IMG/VR virus record: IMGVR_UViG_3300033175_000390
Strand: one strand, 5' to 3'
Length of the DNA: 64,000 nt
Source of the DNA: an uncultured virus (IMG/VR IMGVR_UViG_3300033175_000390)
Lineage: Duplodnaviria > Heunggongvirae > Uroviricota > Caudoviricetes
The notes beneath the pieces are model-generated. The model saw only the letters and a list, made by a program, of their open reading frames with translations. It searched no databases and was not told the DNA's origin. Positions 18,453 to 28,495 of the stretch are shown piece by piece. Position 1 is the first letter of the stretch; each line of letters opens with the position of its first letter. A program made the translations under genes and the position numbers.

Positions 18453-20827
18453 ATCTTGTTCCTCCTGCTTCCGATAACAAAGTTATCAATATAGTCGCGG
18501 TAAAGCTGGTATGTCCGCTCTATACCTACGCCGTCCGACATTTCTCTGAACGCTTCTTCGGAATTCGTGACAAAGTAAATCGTTTCAACGCCATCTGCCT
18601 CGTGCAAAGCTGCGGAAAACTCGCCGTATCTATCCTCGTCCAACAAAACAGCGAAGGTATTGTTAGGTAAAATCATCCACGGAGGTAGCTCCTCGTCCAG
18701 CAATACGGGGCGTTCACCAACCGCTCCAGCTTTCAACCACAGCAGCGGTAATATCTCGTGGAACTGCTGACCAAGCGACACACTGTTTTTATCTAAGAAG
18801 CCAAGTTTGAAATATTCCACGTTAGCGGGAAACCCTTCGCTCATTGGGCGCTTCAATGGTTCCTTGACAGAGATCGTGCCGAGCGTGTCGACTACCTTTG
18901 CTTTTATTTTGTTAAACACACGACTTTCTTTTGCCACGATGTAGAAATCCGTAATATGTTCCTGATCCTCAAGAGCAACGAGCCATTCTTCTGATGCATC
19001 AGGGTCAAATAGCACGGATGCTGTGTGTTTCTCCGATATAATGAATCGACTGTTAATTTTTACGAGCGACTGAGATAAAATCGTCTCGCTAACAATACTT
19101 TTTATATCCTTTGGTGGGTCGTCTGCCAGCCTGTTGATTCTTTTCTGGATTGATGAAGCTGCACCAACAATCGAAGCCACTATCTGCTTCTTTGTAGATG
19201 CTGTTAGAGCAGCCGGATTATCTACAAAACCAAGCTGATAGAACGAACGGTTGATTGCCCTCGTAGTAGTTCGGGTTGTGAAATATTCGCCTGTCAGTGT
19301 TGTGCCATCTGCTCTTTTGCCAAGGATGCTGTATTCCGTGCGTGGCCAAGTAACCGAGCGACATATGCCATGACTTTCCCATTCTGGATCACCGGGTTGG
19401 TAGCCCGCCGCTTTTAGTTCTCGGACTTCAGGTTCAGCCACCTCATTATTAGTGACGAGAATACAACGACGATGCCCATCATCTTCAACATTCAAAAGGT
19501 TTACAGCATTAAGCGTTGTTCCACTCCCTGCAAAGAAGTCTACAATAAGTGCATCTTTTTTCCCCAAAACTGCAAATGCTAAGGCTTCCCGAACGGCATA
19601 TAGGGATTTTGGAAACGGGAAACCGCCGCCAATAATCTCCTTTATCATAGCTGTCCCGTGAGCCTCAGCGTTAAAAAGACCATCTGACCAAACAGTTTTT
19701 GGAGGTTCACTTTCTCGATGAAGAATTATTTCGATACGTTCTCCACGCTTTTCAGCGAACATCCTTTCCTGTACAGATTCAACCGTTGCTCGAGCATAAC
19801 GCCACTTCTTTTCTATACCGTTTTTATCTATAGGCCAAACGGAAACAGTACCGTCTTCATTGTTTTCAACTTGTGCTGTCGGATGAATGTCATCGTCCAA
19901 CACATCGCCAAACCCGATGATATTCAGTTTATCATCTAATAATACTGGGTAAAAACAAGTGGCGGCCTCATAACGCCCCGAAGTGCTACCCCAACGCCGC
20001 AGGTTGTAGGTATCTCCTCCAGTGTGAGGTTTTCTAAATATGGTGCTTTCGGCTGAATACGAAAAAATGGCGTATTCATTTGTGACAGAGAAGCTTTTAC
20101 CTTGTGTCCCGCCAGGATTGTGTTGTATCGTCACACAGTTGTGAGTTAACTCCGGGAAAATATCGTGGAGCAAGACCCACAAATGGGCATACTCGTTATC
20201 ATCAATAGTCGTTATCAAAACGCCATCTTTTGCGAGTATTCTCTTTGCAATCAACAGTCGCTTCTGCATCATCGACAGCCACTTACTATGCCTGTATGCA
20301 TCGTTCGAATCCACGTAATCGTTATTATATTTCCAGTCCCTTGCTCCTGTATTATAGGGCGGGTCGATATAAATACAGTCCACTTGTCCCTCATATAGGT
20401 ATTCCAACAGCTGAAGCGCATGATAGTTATCAGCTTCAATAATGGTGTGCCAGAGCGAATCGTCCGGCGCATTCTCTACTTTCGCAATCGGCTCTAAACT
20501 AGGGAAAATTGGCTCTCCGAACTGCGCCACAGAAACGAGTTCTGTAATCGGTATAGTTTCCATGACTCGTTTGGCCTTGTTTACACACATGGCGCTTTCA
20601 CCGTCAACCTTCTTAACAGTGAAAATATCACTCATCTTACCTACCTTTCGGGCAACTTTCGAGTTGCGACGAATGGGTACACCATAGAGCGGTGTGCATT
20701 CAGGGACATGTTCCTCGAATACAAGGCCAAATTTCTTATTCTTTGTCAAACGATCAATCTCGACTGACAGGCGCTCTTTTAACGCAGGGTCTGTGATTTG
20801 CCGTAGTAAATCCTTAATCGCTGCCAT
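18449..20827 (-). CDS. mod: Type III R-M Mod subunit, adenine DNA methyltransferase
   Basis: IYIDPPYNTG, FPFPKS, DFFAGSGTT; overlaps res start. Confidence 0.9.
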   Translation of the reverse strand: MAAIKDLLRQITDPALKERLSVEIDRLTKNKKFGLVFEEHVPECTPLYGVPIRRNSKVARKVGKMSDIFTVKKVDGESAMCVNKAKRVMETIPITELVSVAQFGEPIFPSLEPIAKVENAPDDSLWHTIIEADNYHALQLLEYLYEGQVDCIYIDPPYNTGARDWKYNNDYVDSNDAYRHSKWLSMMQKRLLIAKRILAKDGVLITTIDDNEYAHLWVLLHDIFPELTHNCVTIQHNPGGTQGKSFSVTNEYAIFSYSAESTIFRKPHTGGDTYNLRRWGSTSGRYEAATCFYPVLLDDKLNIIGFGDVLDDDIHPTAQVENNEDGTVSVWPIDKNGIEKKWRYARATVESVQERMFAEKRGERIEIILHRESEPPKTVWSDGLFNAEAHGTAMIKEIIGGGFPFPKSLYAVREALAFAVLGKKDALIVDFFAGSGTTLNAVNLLNVEDDGHRRCILVTNNEVAEPEVRELKAAGYQPGDPEWESHGICRSVTWPRTEYSILGKRADGTTLTGEYFTTRTTTRAINRSFYQLGFVDNPAALTASTKKQIVASIVGAASSIQKRINRLADDPPKDIKSIVSETILSQSLVKINSRFIISEKHTASVLFDPDASEEWLVALEDQEHITDFYIVAKESRVFNKIKAKVVDTLGTISVKEPLKRPMSEGFPANVEYFKLGFLDKNSVSLGQQFHEILPLLWLKAGAVGERPVLLDEELPPWMILPNNTFAVLLDEDRYGEFSAALHEADGVETIYFVTNSEEAFREMSDGVGIERTYQLYRDYIDNFVIGSRRNKI

Positions 20828-20837
20828 ATATTTAACC

Positions 20838-22511
20838 TCACTCCTCTGAGTCTTCAGATGATTCTTCGACTATTCCCACTGTCGTCGGTTCTTCGGTTAT
20901 TCTGCTCCACGATTCTCCGAACAGTTCATTGCCAACCGATAACCGAAGTATGGCATTCTTTTTAAGAATGTCGTATGCAGCAGGTGTGGATGAGTTGGCC
21001 TTGTCGAACGCAATAAATATTTGCCGTCTGCTCTCCTGATACATACCGAGTATCCGTTCAAAATCTGCGTCTTCGATGCGCTTTACGATGCTCGAATCAT
21101 GAATCAGCACGGGGAGCGGTGTCAGCGAGAGCATACTCAGGTCATAGACCACAAGATTCTTAAACGCCGTACCTTCGCTTTTATCGTCGGGTGTTTCAAA
21201 CTCGAACGTCTTGTCCGGCTTTAATGTCAGTACCGGCGCTGATCTATCACCGCCCGTGACGATGGTATTAATTCGTGTCAATTCATCGTTGACTTGTTTT
21301 TCGGCGGCAGCAAGAGCCTCCTCTTGCTTGCGACGAAGATTTGTCAACAGTTTCTCTATTTCCTTGCGCTTTTCTATCTGCTCAATCTCAGACTTTAATT
21401 CCCCGTTTTTCTTTTCCAAGTCGTCGATTTCGCGGGTGATTCGCGCATACTGGTTTAATATTGATTGTGAAATCGTCCGTGCGATTCCCGAATCCTTAAG
21501 CTGCGCTTCAATAGTGGCAATGTCTGCATCCGTGTCCTCTATGAGGGGTTCAAGACGGGCAATTTCCTCCTCGATGTCGGAACGCAAAAAGCCGTTAATC
21601 TTGGCGTGGAAATTTTCAACGTCCGTAAACACATCAATATTGGCATCGGGAAAGAACCGTCTCAATGCCGAGAAGTCTTTTCGCAGAACGCCGTCGCTGT
21701 CGGGCATATTGCTCCTGACTGCTCTCAGTTGTGATTCTAATCGGTATTTGCGGGCATCCAACTTCTCCAGTTCTTTTTTAATTTCCGCAAGCCGTGCCGC
21801 TTTTTCATGGTCAATACCCAATGCCCGCAAGTTGGCTTCTTCATTCTGCTTGCTTAGCTTTTCGCGGCGATTCTCCAAGCTTTCAATCTTTTCCTTGTTT
21901 TCACCAATTTCTGCGGTAATGTCGCTTACCGAGCGTTCGACTTGTTTGCTTGGTTTCAAGCCGTAACTTTCCTCGGCGGCCTTCAGGTTGTAAATGTCCT
22001 CGTATTTGTCGAGCAGTTTCATCAGATACTCGACCGCAGTTGCCATCGACTCACGTTCGCCTTGGAGCGGTTTATGTTCGTTATGGCTCCCGTGTCCGTA
22101 GATTCGGATAAATCGCTCGACGATTTCACCGAACTTGATGTCTCGCAAGGGAATCTTATATTCGTGAAATAACCGATCACGGTAGTCGTTAATGCTCATC
22201 TCCTGAATGACGACGCTATATTTGCCATCACAACGGTTCACCGTGTTCGGGCGGCTCGTCGACCGCCAGAAGTATAACGGCTCATCATCAAACTCAAACT
22301 CAAAATTTATCTGATGGTGACCGATGCGCTCAAATACGTCCTTTGCAGACTTGGTGTAGTCATTGCCACCAAATACGAAATCCAGTATCAGCAGGAACGT
22401 AGACTTACCGATGGCGTTGCTACCGCCCGAACTACCCAGTATGACATTAAGCCCTTTATGGAACTCCGATGGCTGCGTCTTAAATTTGTCACATGTCACC
22501 CTTTTTAACAT
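20838..22511 (-). CDS. DUF2326 / LmuB-like SMC-type ABC ATPase of ABC-three-component system
   Basis: GSNAIGKST Walker A, long coiled coil, SEGT signature, LIHDS Walker B. Confidence 0.8.
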   Translation of the reverse strand: MLKRVTCDKFKTQPSEFHKGLNVILGSSGGSNAIGKSTFLLILDFVFGGNDYTKSAKDVFERIGHHQINFEFEFDDEPLYFWRSTSRPNTVNRCDGKYSVVIQEMSINDYRDRLFHEYKIPLRDIKFGEIVERFIRIYGHGSHNEHKPLQGERESMATAVEYLMKLLDKYEDIYNLKAAEESYGLKPSKQVERSVSDITAEIGENKEKIESLENRREKLSKQNEEANLRALGIDHEKAARLAEIKKELEKLDARKYRLESQLRAVRSNMPDSDGVLRKDFSALRRFFPDANIDVFTDVENFHAKINGFLRSDIEEEIARLEPLIEDTDADIATIEAQLKDSGIARTISQSILNQYARITREIDDLEKKNGELKSEIEQIEKRKEIEKLLTNLRRKQEEALAAAEKQVNDELTRINTIVTGGDRSAPVLTLKPDKTFEFETPDDKSEGTAFKNLVVYDLSMLSLTPLPVLIHDSSIVKRIEDADFERILGMYQESRRQIFIAFDKANSSTPAAYDILKKNAILRLSVGNELFGESWSRITEEPTTVGIVEESSEDSEE

Positions 22512-22728
22512 AACGTAGCACCTCCGTTCCTTCTGGTATTTCAACCTTTCCGAGTTTATACAGGCAGTCGAGCGCATCTAAGAAAATGCTTATCTCTGAT
22601 ACCTTTGTCTTTATCTCAACGAGTAACTCGTGCGGGGTCATATCTCGTTTCTCCAACTTCTCTAAGATAGGCGCGAAGAGTGCGATTACGCTATCCGAGA
22701 AAGTATTAACTTTGCTTGGCATTCTCAT
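22489..22728 (-). CDS. ABC-3C middle component (LmuC-like small protein)
   Basis: MRMPSKV...FLDALDCLYKLGKV; overlaps both neighbours. Confidence 0.75.
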   Translation of the reverse strand: MRMPSKVNTFSDSVIALFAPILEKLEKRDMTPHELLVEIKTKVSEISIFLDALDCLYKLGKVEIPEGTEVLRYVKKGDM

Positions 22729-24088
22729 TGAATAAATCACACCTCTTCACCAAATATCCTATGATAATATCGCAGGCATCCTTATGCTGTTGTCCAACCT
22801 GTGAGGATAGCTTTTCAACCAGCAACCCGATCACAAACTCTTGCGGGTCGGTAATTTCCGGTTTGTCTTTAAGCCCACTTGAAAGCAATATTTGTGCGGA
22901 CTTCATCATCTCCCCGAACATTTGGGTATCGAATCCGATTTCCTGTTCAAGTCGACCACAGATGTCTTTTACTTTCTTATACAAACGAACCATACTGGCG
23001 TCGATTTTGTCTTTCAAATATGGCTCGTGGATTTTTTTCTCAATTTCGACCAAATCTTTTAGATCTGTCTTTTCAAGCTCACTGAGATTCTTGACTTTAT
23101 GAATCTCGCGCAGGACGGTTTCGATTTCCTTCGGAAACCGTATGCTTTCCGTTCTTTCAATGAACGCTTGAATTTCAGCGCAACGGCGTTTGCTTGCAAG
23201 CAAGGCTTTCTTCTCGTCAACCGACATAACCTCTACTTCTTTGGCACATGCCCCTTCGCATAGAGCGACTGCGTTCTCGTATCCCTGGGATTCCGTAGCG
23301 GAAAGCGTGAGATAGACGACTTCACATTTCGACGACGGAAGTTTGTTACGCACAGGGATTCCGAGTGCGTTGCCGCAATTAAGGCATTTGCCGTTTGATT
23401 CCGTGAGAAGTGTAACGAGCATATCCTTTTCAGGCTTTTCAAAAACCATAAGTTTCGCTATTTGGTCAGAAATGGTAATAAGTGTTTCCACACCTACCAC
23501 ATCTATTTGCGCACCCTCCTGCACCGTCAAAGCAGTGGTAGTAGGTTTACTCGACGTATTGACCAGAGCAATTTCATCGGAGCGGTCATCAAATGACTCT
23601 ATGTACTCGGCTTTGATATTGCCTATAAAAGACTTTCCGGCAGTATTATTTACAACCGATGCCGTGTAAAGGAACAATCCCGCAAGGAACTCTTCGAGAG
23701 CAAAAGATGTCTGTTTGAGGATGTCGGCTTTGGTTTTTCCGCTTGCCCTGTCGACTACGACATCTGGTTTAATCTCGTTATCTTTAGCAATGATGTCTTT
23801 AAGCGCCAGAATACCGCTTTTCATTTTATTGGCATCCAACAAGGGCAGGATGTTTTTTTTGAAGTAACCCACCGTTTCTTGTGCATCCGCTGTAGGAGCT
23901 TTGTCGGTTACTTGCGGCGACAAATTGCTCCTGCAAATTAATAGGTCATGGACTGTTCCGTCTTCGTTTCTGATGTCATATAGGGGCGCGACCGAAAGCA
24001 AGACTGTACCACAGAGCAATTTCTGTTTTACACTTTTGGGTTTACACAGTTTCAACACGGTCATGAACGAACCAAAGCACAGCTTCAT
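22706..24088 (-). CDS. ABC-3C effector (LmuA-like) with degenerate HNH-type zinc module and C-terminal domain
   Basis: CLNCG...YENAVALCEGAC; C-terminal ACDIIIGYLVKRCDLF. Confidence 0.65.
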   Translation of the reverse strand: MKLCFGSFMTVLKLCKPKSVKQKLLCGTVLLSVAPLYDIRNEDGTVHDLLICRSNLSPQVTDKAPTADAQETVGYFKKNILPLLDANKMKSGILALKDIIAKDNEIKPDVVVDRASGKTKADILKQTSFALEEFLAGLFLYTASVVNNTAGKSFIGNIKAEYIESFDDRSDEIALVNTSSKPTTTALTVQEGAQIDVVGVETLITISDQIAKLMVFEKPEKDMLVTLLTESNGKCLNCGNALGIPVRNKLPSSKCEVVYLTLSATESQGYENAVALCEGACAKEVEVMSVDEKKALLASKRRCAEIQAFIERTESIRFPKEIETVLREIHKVKNLSELEKTDLKDLVEIEKKIHEPYLKDKIDASMVRLYKKVKDICGRLEQEIGFDTQMFGEMMKSAQILLSSGLKDKPEITDPQEFVIGLLVEKLSSQVGQQHKDACDIIIGYLVKRCDLFNENAKQS

Positions 24089-24127
24089 GTATGCTTGCGC
24101 CCCCTTTTGACAGTTTTAGTTAATCGG

Positions 24128-24334
24128 CTACTCGTCCTTAACGTAATCGACGATGTCGCCGAAATTAACGTCCAGAGCCTTACATATCCTACAAAGCACA
24201 TCCATGCTAACCGGTAAGTCCTTACCCATCTTCGCCATTGTTGTTGACGTTATATCTGCCATAGTCAGCAGATCTTTTTTTATCAACTTACGATCAATCA
24301 ACAATTTCCATAATTTATTATAACTGATAGCCAT
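24128..24334 (-). CDS. Xre/Cro-C1 HTH transcriptional regulator
   Basis: ISYNKLWKLLIDR...VSMDVLCRICKALDVNFGDIV. Confidence 0.9.
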   Translation of the reverse strand: MAISYNKLWKLLIDRKLIKKDLLTMADITSTTMAKMGKDLPVSMDVLCRICKALDVNFGDIVDYVKDE

Positions 24335-24600
24335 ACATTTGCCTCCATCCAGCGCTAACGATATGGAATAGGTCACGACTATATTATTAATAATGTATTT
24401 TCAAGCGAATTGCAAGCAAAAATTGCGATTCGCTTACTTTTTATTTTCTAATGCTCACTGGAACTTTTATTTTCTTTAATTCAGGCAAATTCTTAGCCAC
24501 AACCGAGTCGTGCCTTAGTCTCAACTGAGGGACTGAAGGGCGTCTCCCTATAAAATTTAATTAGACGGCTGGTACAGGCCGTACTTGCGGGGAAGGAGAA

Positions 24601-24792
24601 ATGCCAATGGTTCAATTAGTCAAAGCAACTGATAAGTTCGCCAGTCAGCTTTTCCAGTGGGATGCAGAGCGTCGGGTTATATCCCTTCCGCACGGAAAAG
24701 ACATCTGGTTCGCACAACTTGGCGATGACGGGCAGTTCAAAGTCATCAAGAGCAAGCCGAAATCAAGCCTTAATGCAACCGCAACTAATTAG
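24601..24792 (+). CDS. Small hypothetical protein
   Basis: AAGGAG RBS; divergent from Xre gene. Confidence 0.55.
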   Translation: MPMVQLVKATDKFASQLFQWDAERRVISLPHGKDIWFAQLGDDGQFKVIKSKPKSSLNATATN

Positions 24793-24803
24793 CTAACAGC
24801 CCT

Positions 24804-24901
24804 TGGGAGCCGCAGGACGGTCGGGTAATTCGCTGGAAACAGCGAGACCCGGCCGTTTTACGTCCGATTGGCTCTCCTGTTTCCGGCAACCGGAAAAGGA
24901 G
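24804..24901 (+). ncRNA. Putative structured cis-regulatory leader of sigma-like gene
   Basis: Nested stems with GAAA tetraloop; second hairpin pairs CTCCT with the AGGAG RBS. Confidence 0.5.
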
Positions 24902-24911
24902 ATGTCAATCA

Positions 24912-25589
24912 ATGTCAAACACAAGCAAATCTTTCAAACCCACCCCCATTCCACACCGTACAAAATTCGGTGAGCCGATGGCTTACTATACGTTATCGGA
25001 CGACGGGAAAATCCACACCGAGGTGTCTCGGGCAGAGTGTCTTGCTCGCATCGATGAACCCGGCACCCCATTCCCGCAGCGGTGGTATGTCGACGATGAA
25101 TCTGGTCTCGTTATCCGCTTGCCTCACAATCAGATGGGCAAAGACCTTTCCCGTGAGAATATGCGCTCTATATGGCGCGAGCAAAAGTATCAGGAACGAA
25201 AATTCCAGTGCGTATGGAAAGACACCAACAAATGCAGTCAAAAATGTGAGAATTGTAGGTTTCGCACGAGTCGCACCATTGAACTTGATAAACCGATGAG
25301 AAAAGAAGCCGACATCGAAGGATCGGATACATATTTTGAGCCTTCCGACTCGATCGACATCACAGAAATCATAGAGCAAAAGGCCTTACTGGATACCCTC
25401 TATGCCGCCCTCTCCACACTTGCCCAAGAAGACCTCAACCTTATAAAAGACCGTTTCTTCCTTGGAAAAACCGTGCGAGATTTAGCATCTAAGTACGGCT
25501 TCAAATCATCGCGGAGTATCACTGTTCATGTCCGCCGTATTCTTGACATTCTGCGAAACAGCGAAGCCCTGAAGAGATTTTTTGAATAG
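24912..25589 (+). CDS. Sigma-70 region-4 type transcription factor with Cys cluster
   Basis: CVW...CSQKCENC; C-terminal GKTVRDLASKYGFKSSRSITVHVRRIL. Confidence 0.75.
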   Translation: MSNTSKSFKPTPIPHRTKFGEPMAYYTLSDDGKIHTEVSRAECLARIDEPGTPFPQRWYVDDESGLVIRLPHNQMGKDLSRENMRSIWREQKYQERKFQCVWKDTNKCSQKCENCRFRTSRTIELDKPMRKEADIEGSDTYFEPSDSIDITEIIEQKALLDTLYAALSTLAQEDLNLIKDRFFLGKTVRDLASKYGFKSSRSITVHVRRILDILRNSEALKRFFE

Positions 25590-25600
25590 CCGACCTCCGT

Positions 25601-25645
25601 CGGTACGCAACTGCCCCTCTTCTGTCTGTAGACGGTAGAGGGGCG
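25601..25645 (+). promoter_or_regulatory. Conserved hairpin/promoter motif copy 1
   Basis: CGGTACGCAA-CTGCCCCTCT-TCTGTCTGTAGACGGTAGAGGGGCG; repeated at 30491 and 60436. Confidence 0.7.
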
Positions 25646-25676
25646 GTAAAGCCTTCTCGGAAACGGAGGTAAGGCA

Positions 25677-25859
25677 ATGCAAACAAAAACAAATGAAAGG
25701 GACATGGGCATGCGCGATGCTGAGCTGGATGAAGAACTCGCAGGCATCCTAACGGCAATCAGCGTCGTATCCAAACGTCTAGCCAAGAAGCTGCTCGCGC
25801 TTCAAAGGCAGGATAAGTCCACCGGGGAAGGGGGTGCACCAGATGGGCAAGATGAGTGA
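25677..25859 (+). CDS. Small phage hypothetical protein
   Basis: GGAGG RBS; ELAGILTAISVVSKRLA. Confidence 0.7.
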   Translation: MQTKTNERDMGMRDAELDEELAGILTAISVVSKRLAKKLLALQRQDKSTGEGGAPDGQDE

Positions 25860-26172
25860 ACTCGACATCTGTGTCGAGGAGCTTCGTAGCGCAGCACAAT
25901 CCCTGAATTCGGTGGCAGACAGCCTGACGGCTCTATTCGGCGGCAATCAATCCGAAGCATCGACACAGCTGGAACCAAAACCAGCCCCCTCAAAACCCAA
26001 AGCACTGACGCTGGAAGAAGTGCGAGCCGTTCTTGCGGAAAAATCCCGCAACGGGCATACCGCCGAGGTTCGGGAACTGCTCGAAAAGCATGGCGCATCG
26101 AAGCTGTCCGAGATTGACCCCGCCAAATATGCCACCCTGCTTACGGAAGCGGAGGTACTGGGAAATGGGTAA
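25843..26172 (+). CDS. Conserved phage replication-module protein
   Basis: LTLEEVRAVLAEKSRNGHTAEVRELLEKHGASKLSEIDP. Confidence 0.75.
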   Translation: MGKMSELDICVEELRSAAQSLNSVADSLTALFGGNQSEASTQLEPKPAPSKPKALTLEEVRAVLAEKSRNGHTAEVRELLEKHGASKLSEIDPAKYATLLTEAEVLGNG

Positions 26173-27307
26173 ACACGCTCTGCTCTCCGCTTCAAGTTCC
26201 CACCGATGGTTGAACTGTCCTCCGTCGGCTCGGCTCTGCGAGCAGTACGAGGACAAAGGCAGCAGCTACGCCGCCGAAGGCACGGACGCACACACCCTCG
26301 GCGAGTATAAGCTGAAAACCGCGCTCGGTATCCGAGCCAAAAACCCGACCGCCAGTCTGACATACTACTCCGAGGAGATGGAAGAATGCGCCGCCGGGTA
26401 CGCCTACTACATCATGGAATTGGTGGAGACTGCCAAGCAGACCTGCAACGATCCTGTGGTGCTTATCGAACAGCGGCTCGACTTCTCCAAGTACGTCGAG
26501 GGCGGCTTTGGTACCGGTGACTGCGTGGTTATCGCCGATGGTATGCTCCATATTGTGGACTATAAGCATGGCCAAGGGGTACTCGTTGAGGCTGCTGAAA
26601 ATTTTCAAATGATGCTGTACACATTAGGGGCATTAGAGTTGTTTGACGGCATCTACGACATCGACACGGTCAGTATGACCGTGTATCAACCAAGACGAGA
26701 TAACATCAGCACTCATACGGTTTTCAAGGAATCCCTCTACCAGTGGGCGGAGAAAGTGCTGAAACCAACTGCCAAACTCGCCTATGCCGGTGAGGGGGAG
26801 TTCCGATGTGGCGATTGGTGCCAGTTCTGCAAGGCGAAACATGACTGCCGCAAACGAGCGGAGCAAAACATTGAACTTGCAAAATACGAATTCAAGCTAC
26901 CACCCCTTTTAGAAGATGATGAGGTCGAATCCATCCTCGGCAGGATAGATGAACTCGTCTCTTGGGCTTCGGACATCAAGAACTACGCCCTGCAAGCCGC
27001 GCTCAGCGGCAAGCATTGGTCAGGCTGGAAGCTGGTCGAAGGCCGCTCCAACCGCAAATACACAAATGATGAAGCAGTCGCCGACACCGTCAGCGCGGCA
27101 GGCTACGATCCATACGAACACAAGGTGATGGGCATCACCGCAATGGAAAAGGCTCTCGGTAAATCAAAGTTTGCCGAACTACTTGGCGGTCTGGTCGAGA
27201 AGCCGCAAGGCAAACCGACGCTCGTGCCGGAAAGCGATAAACGTGCGGCAATCCATACGGCAAAATACGATTTTAATGATTATGAGGAGGAAAATCCAAA
27301 TGGCTAA
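26165..27307 (+). CDS. DUF2800 Cas4-like PD-(D/E)XK nuclease
   Basis: HALLSASSSHRWLNCPPS, GTGD, IVDYKHG, C-terminal CQFC...C. Confidence 0.85.
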   Translation: MGKHALLSASSSHRWLNCPPSARLCEQYEDKGSSYAAEGTDAHTLGEYKLKTALGIRAKNPTASLTYYSEEMEECAAGYAYYIMELVETAKQTCNDPVVLIEQRLDFSKYVEGGFGTGDCVVIADGMLHIVDYKHGQGVLVEAAENFQMMLYTLGALELFDGIYDIDTVSMTVYQPRRDNISTHTVFKESLYQWAEKVLKPTAKLAYAGEGEFRCGDWCQFCKAKHDCRKRAEQNIELAKYEFKLPPLLEDDEVESILGRIDELVSWASDIKNYALQAALSGKHWSGWKLVEGRSNRKYTNDEAVADTVSAAGYDPYEHKVMGITAMEKALGKSKFAELLGGLVEKPQGKPTLVPESDKRAAIHTAKYDFNDYEEENPNG

Positions 27308-27890
27308 CCAGTCAAACAACAGCAAAAATACACAGACATCCAACCCTATGAAGGTTATCACGGGTCCAGATACCCGCTGGTCTTACGCCAACGTGTGGGA
27401 AGCGAAATCCATCAACGGCGGCACACCGAAGTTCTCGGTATCGCTCATCATCCCCAAGTCCGACACCAAGACCATCGGTAAAATCAAGGCAGCGATTGAA
27501 GCGGCTTACCGTGAGGGCGAGGCGAAGCTAAAGGGCAACGGCAAAACCGTACCGCCCCTTGCCGCCCTCAAGACCCCGCTCCGTGATGGCGACACTGAAC
27601 GTCCCGACGACCCCGCCTACGAAAACGCCTATTTTATCAACGCCAACAGTGCGACCGCACCGGGCGTGGTGGATGCAGACCGTCAGGAAGTTATAAACCG
27701 TTCGGAGGTGTACAGTGGCGTATACGGCAGGGCGAGCGTCAATTTCTACGCTTTTAACAGCAACGGCAACAAAGGCATTGCCTGCGGACTGAACAACCTT
27801 CAAAAAATCCGCGACGGCGAACCCCTTGGTGGCAAATCCCGCGCGGAGGACGATTTCGCCACCTACGACGACGAGGATTTCCTTGGATAA
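27300..27890 (+). CDS. DUF2815 phage single-stranded DNA-binding protein
   Basis: PLRDGD, YSGVYGR, GIACGLNNLQK, acidic tail. Confidence 0.85.
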   Translation: MANQSNNSKNTQTSNPMKVITGPDTRWSYANVWEAKSINGGTPKFSVSLIIPKSDTKTIGKIKAAIEAAYREGEAKLKGNGKTVPPLAALKTPLRDGDTERPDDPAYENAYFINANSATAPGVVDADRQEVINRSEVYSGVYGRASVNFYAFNSNGNKGIACGLNNLQKIRDGEPLGGKSRAEDDFATYDDEDFLG

Positions 27891-27955
27891 CTACATTAGA
27901 CAGACTACGGAGGGCGGCGGGGCGACTTGCCGCCCTCTTCAATTATGGAGGTCTT

Positions 27956-28495
27956 ATGAAAACTGAAATATGGAAAGACATCCCCGGTTATGGAGGTCGA
28001 TATCAAGCCAGCAGTCTTGGGCGAATAAAAAGCCTTGATAGGTTTTTTGACCGAGAGGATTGGCGTACAGGAGTAATCACAAGCGTTCATGTCAACGAGA
28101 AAATCTTGACTGCGGGTAGGTTCAATACGCATGGCCATCTTTCTGTGTTTTTAAGAGATAGTCAGTACCCAAATGGGATTGGAAAGCCGGTGCACCAGCT
28201 TGTGATGCTTGCTTTTGTAGGTTTTGCTCCAGAAGGCTTGGAGGTCTTACACAAGAACGGTATACCGACAGATAACCAAATAACCAACCTTTGCTACGGC
28301 TCCCGTTCTGAAAACATGACAGATAGATACCGCCATGCGGGACAAGGGCTAAAACTGACTGTCAATGACGTGATTAAAATACGGGATATGTTGTGTCAAG
28401 GTGTTCAGCAGCGGCAAATAGCACGAATGTTCAATGTGTCTGACACTACCATTTACTACATCAAGCAAGGGAGGCGTTTTCGGTGGATAAAATAG
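27956..28495 (+). CDS. NUMOD4-HNH homing endonuclease-like protein with C-terminal HTH
   Basis: WKDIPGYGGRYQASSLGRIKS; VLHKNGIPTDNQITNL. Confidence 0.85.
   Translation: MKTEIWKDIPGYGGRYQASSLGRIKSLDRFFDREDWRTGVITSVHVNEKILTAGRFNTHGHLSVFLRDSQYPNGIGKPVHQLVMLAFVGFAPEGLEVLHKNGIPTDNQITNLCYGSRSENMTDRYRHAGQGLKLTVNDVIKIRDMLCQGVQQRQIARMFNVSDTTIYYIKQGRRFRWIK

Noticed and set aside
8055..20827. Phase-variable R-M (hsdS shufflon or simple repeats in mod)
   Set aside because: Single hsdS, no adjacent invertase and no tandem repeat tract noticed in mod
26165..27307. CRISPR-Cas (Cas4-like nuclease)
   Set aside because: No repeat-spacer array or other cas genes; this is the usual phage DUF2800 next to SSB and polymerase
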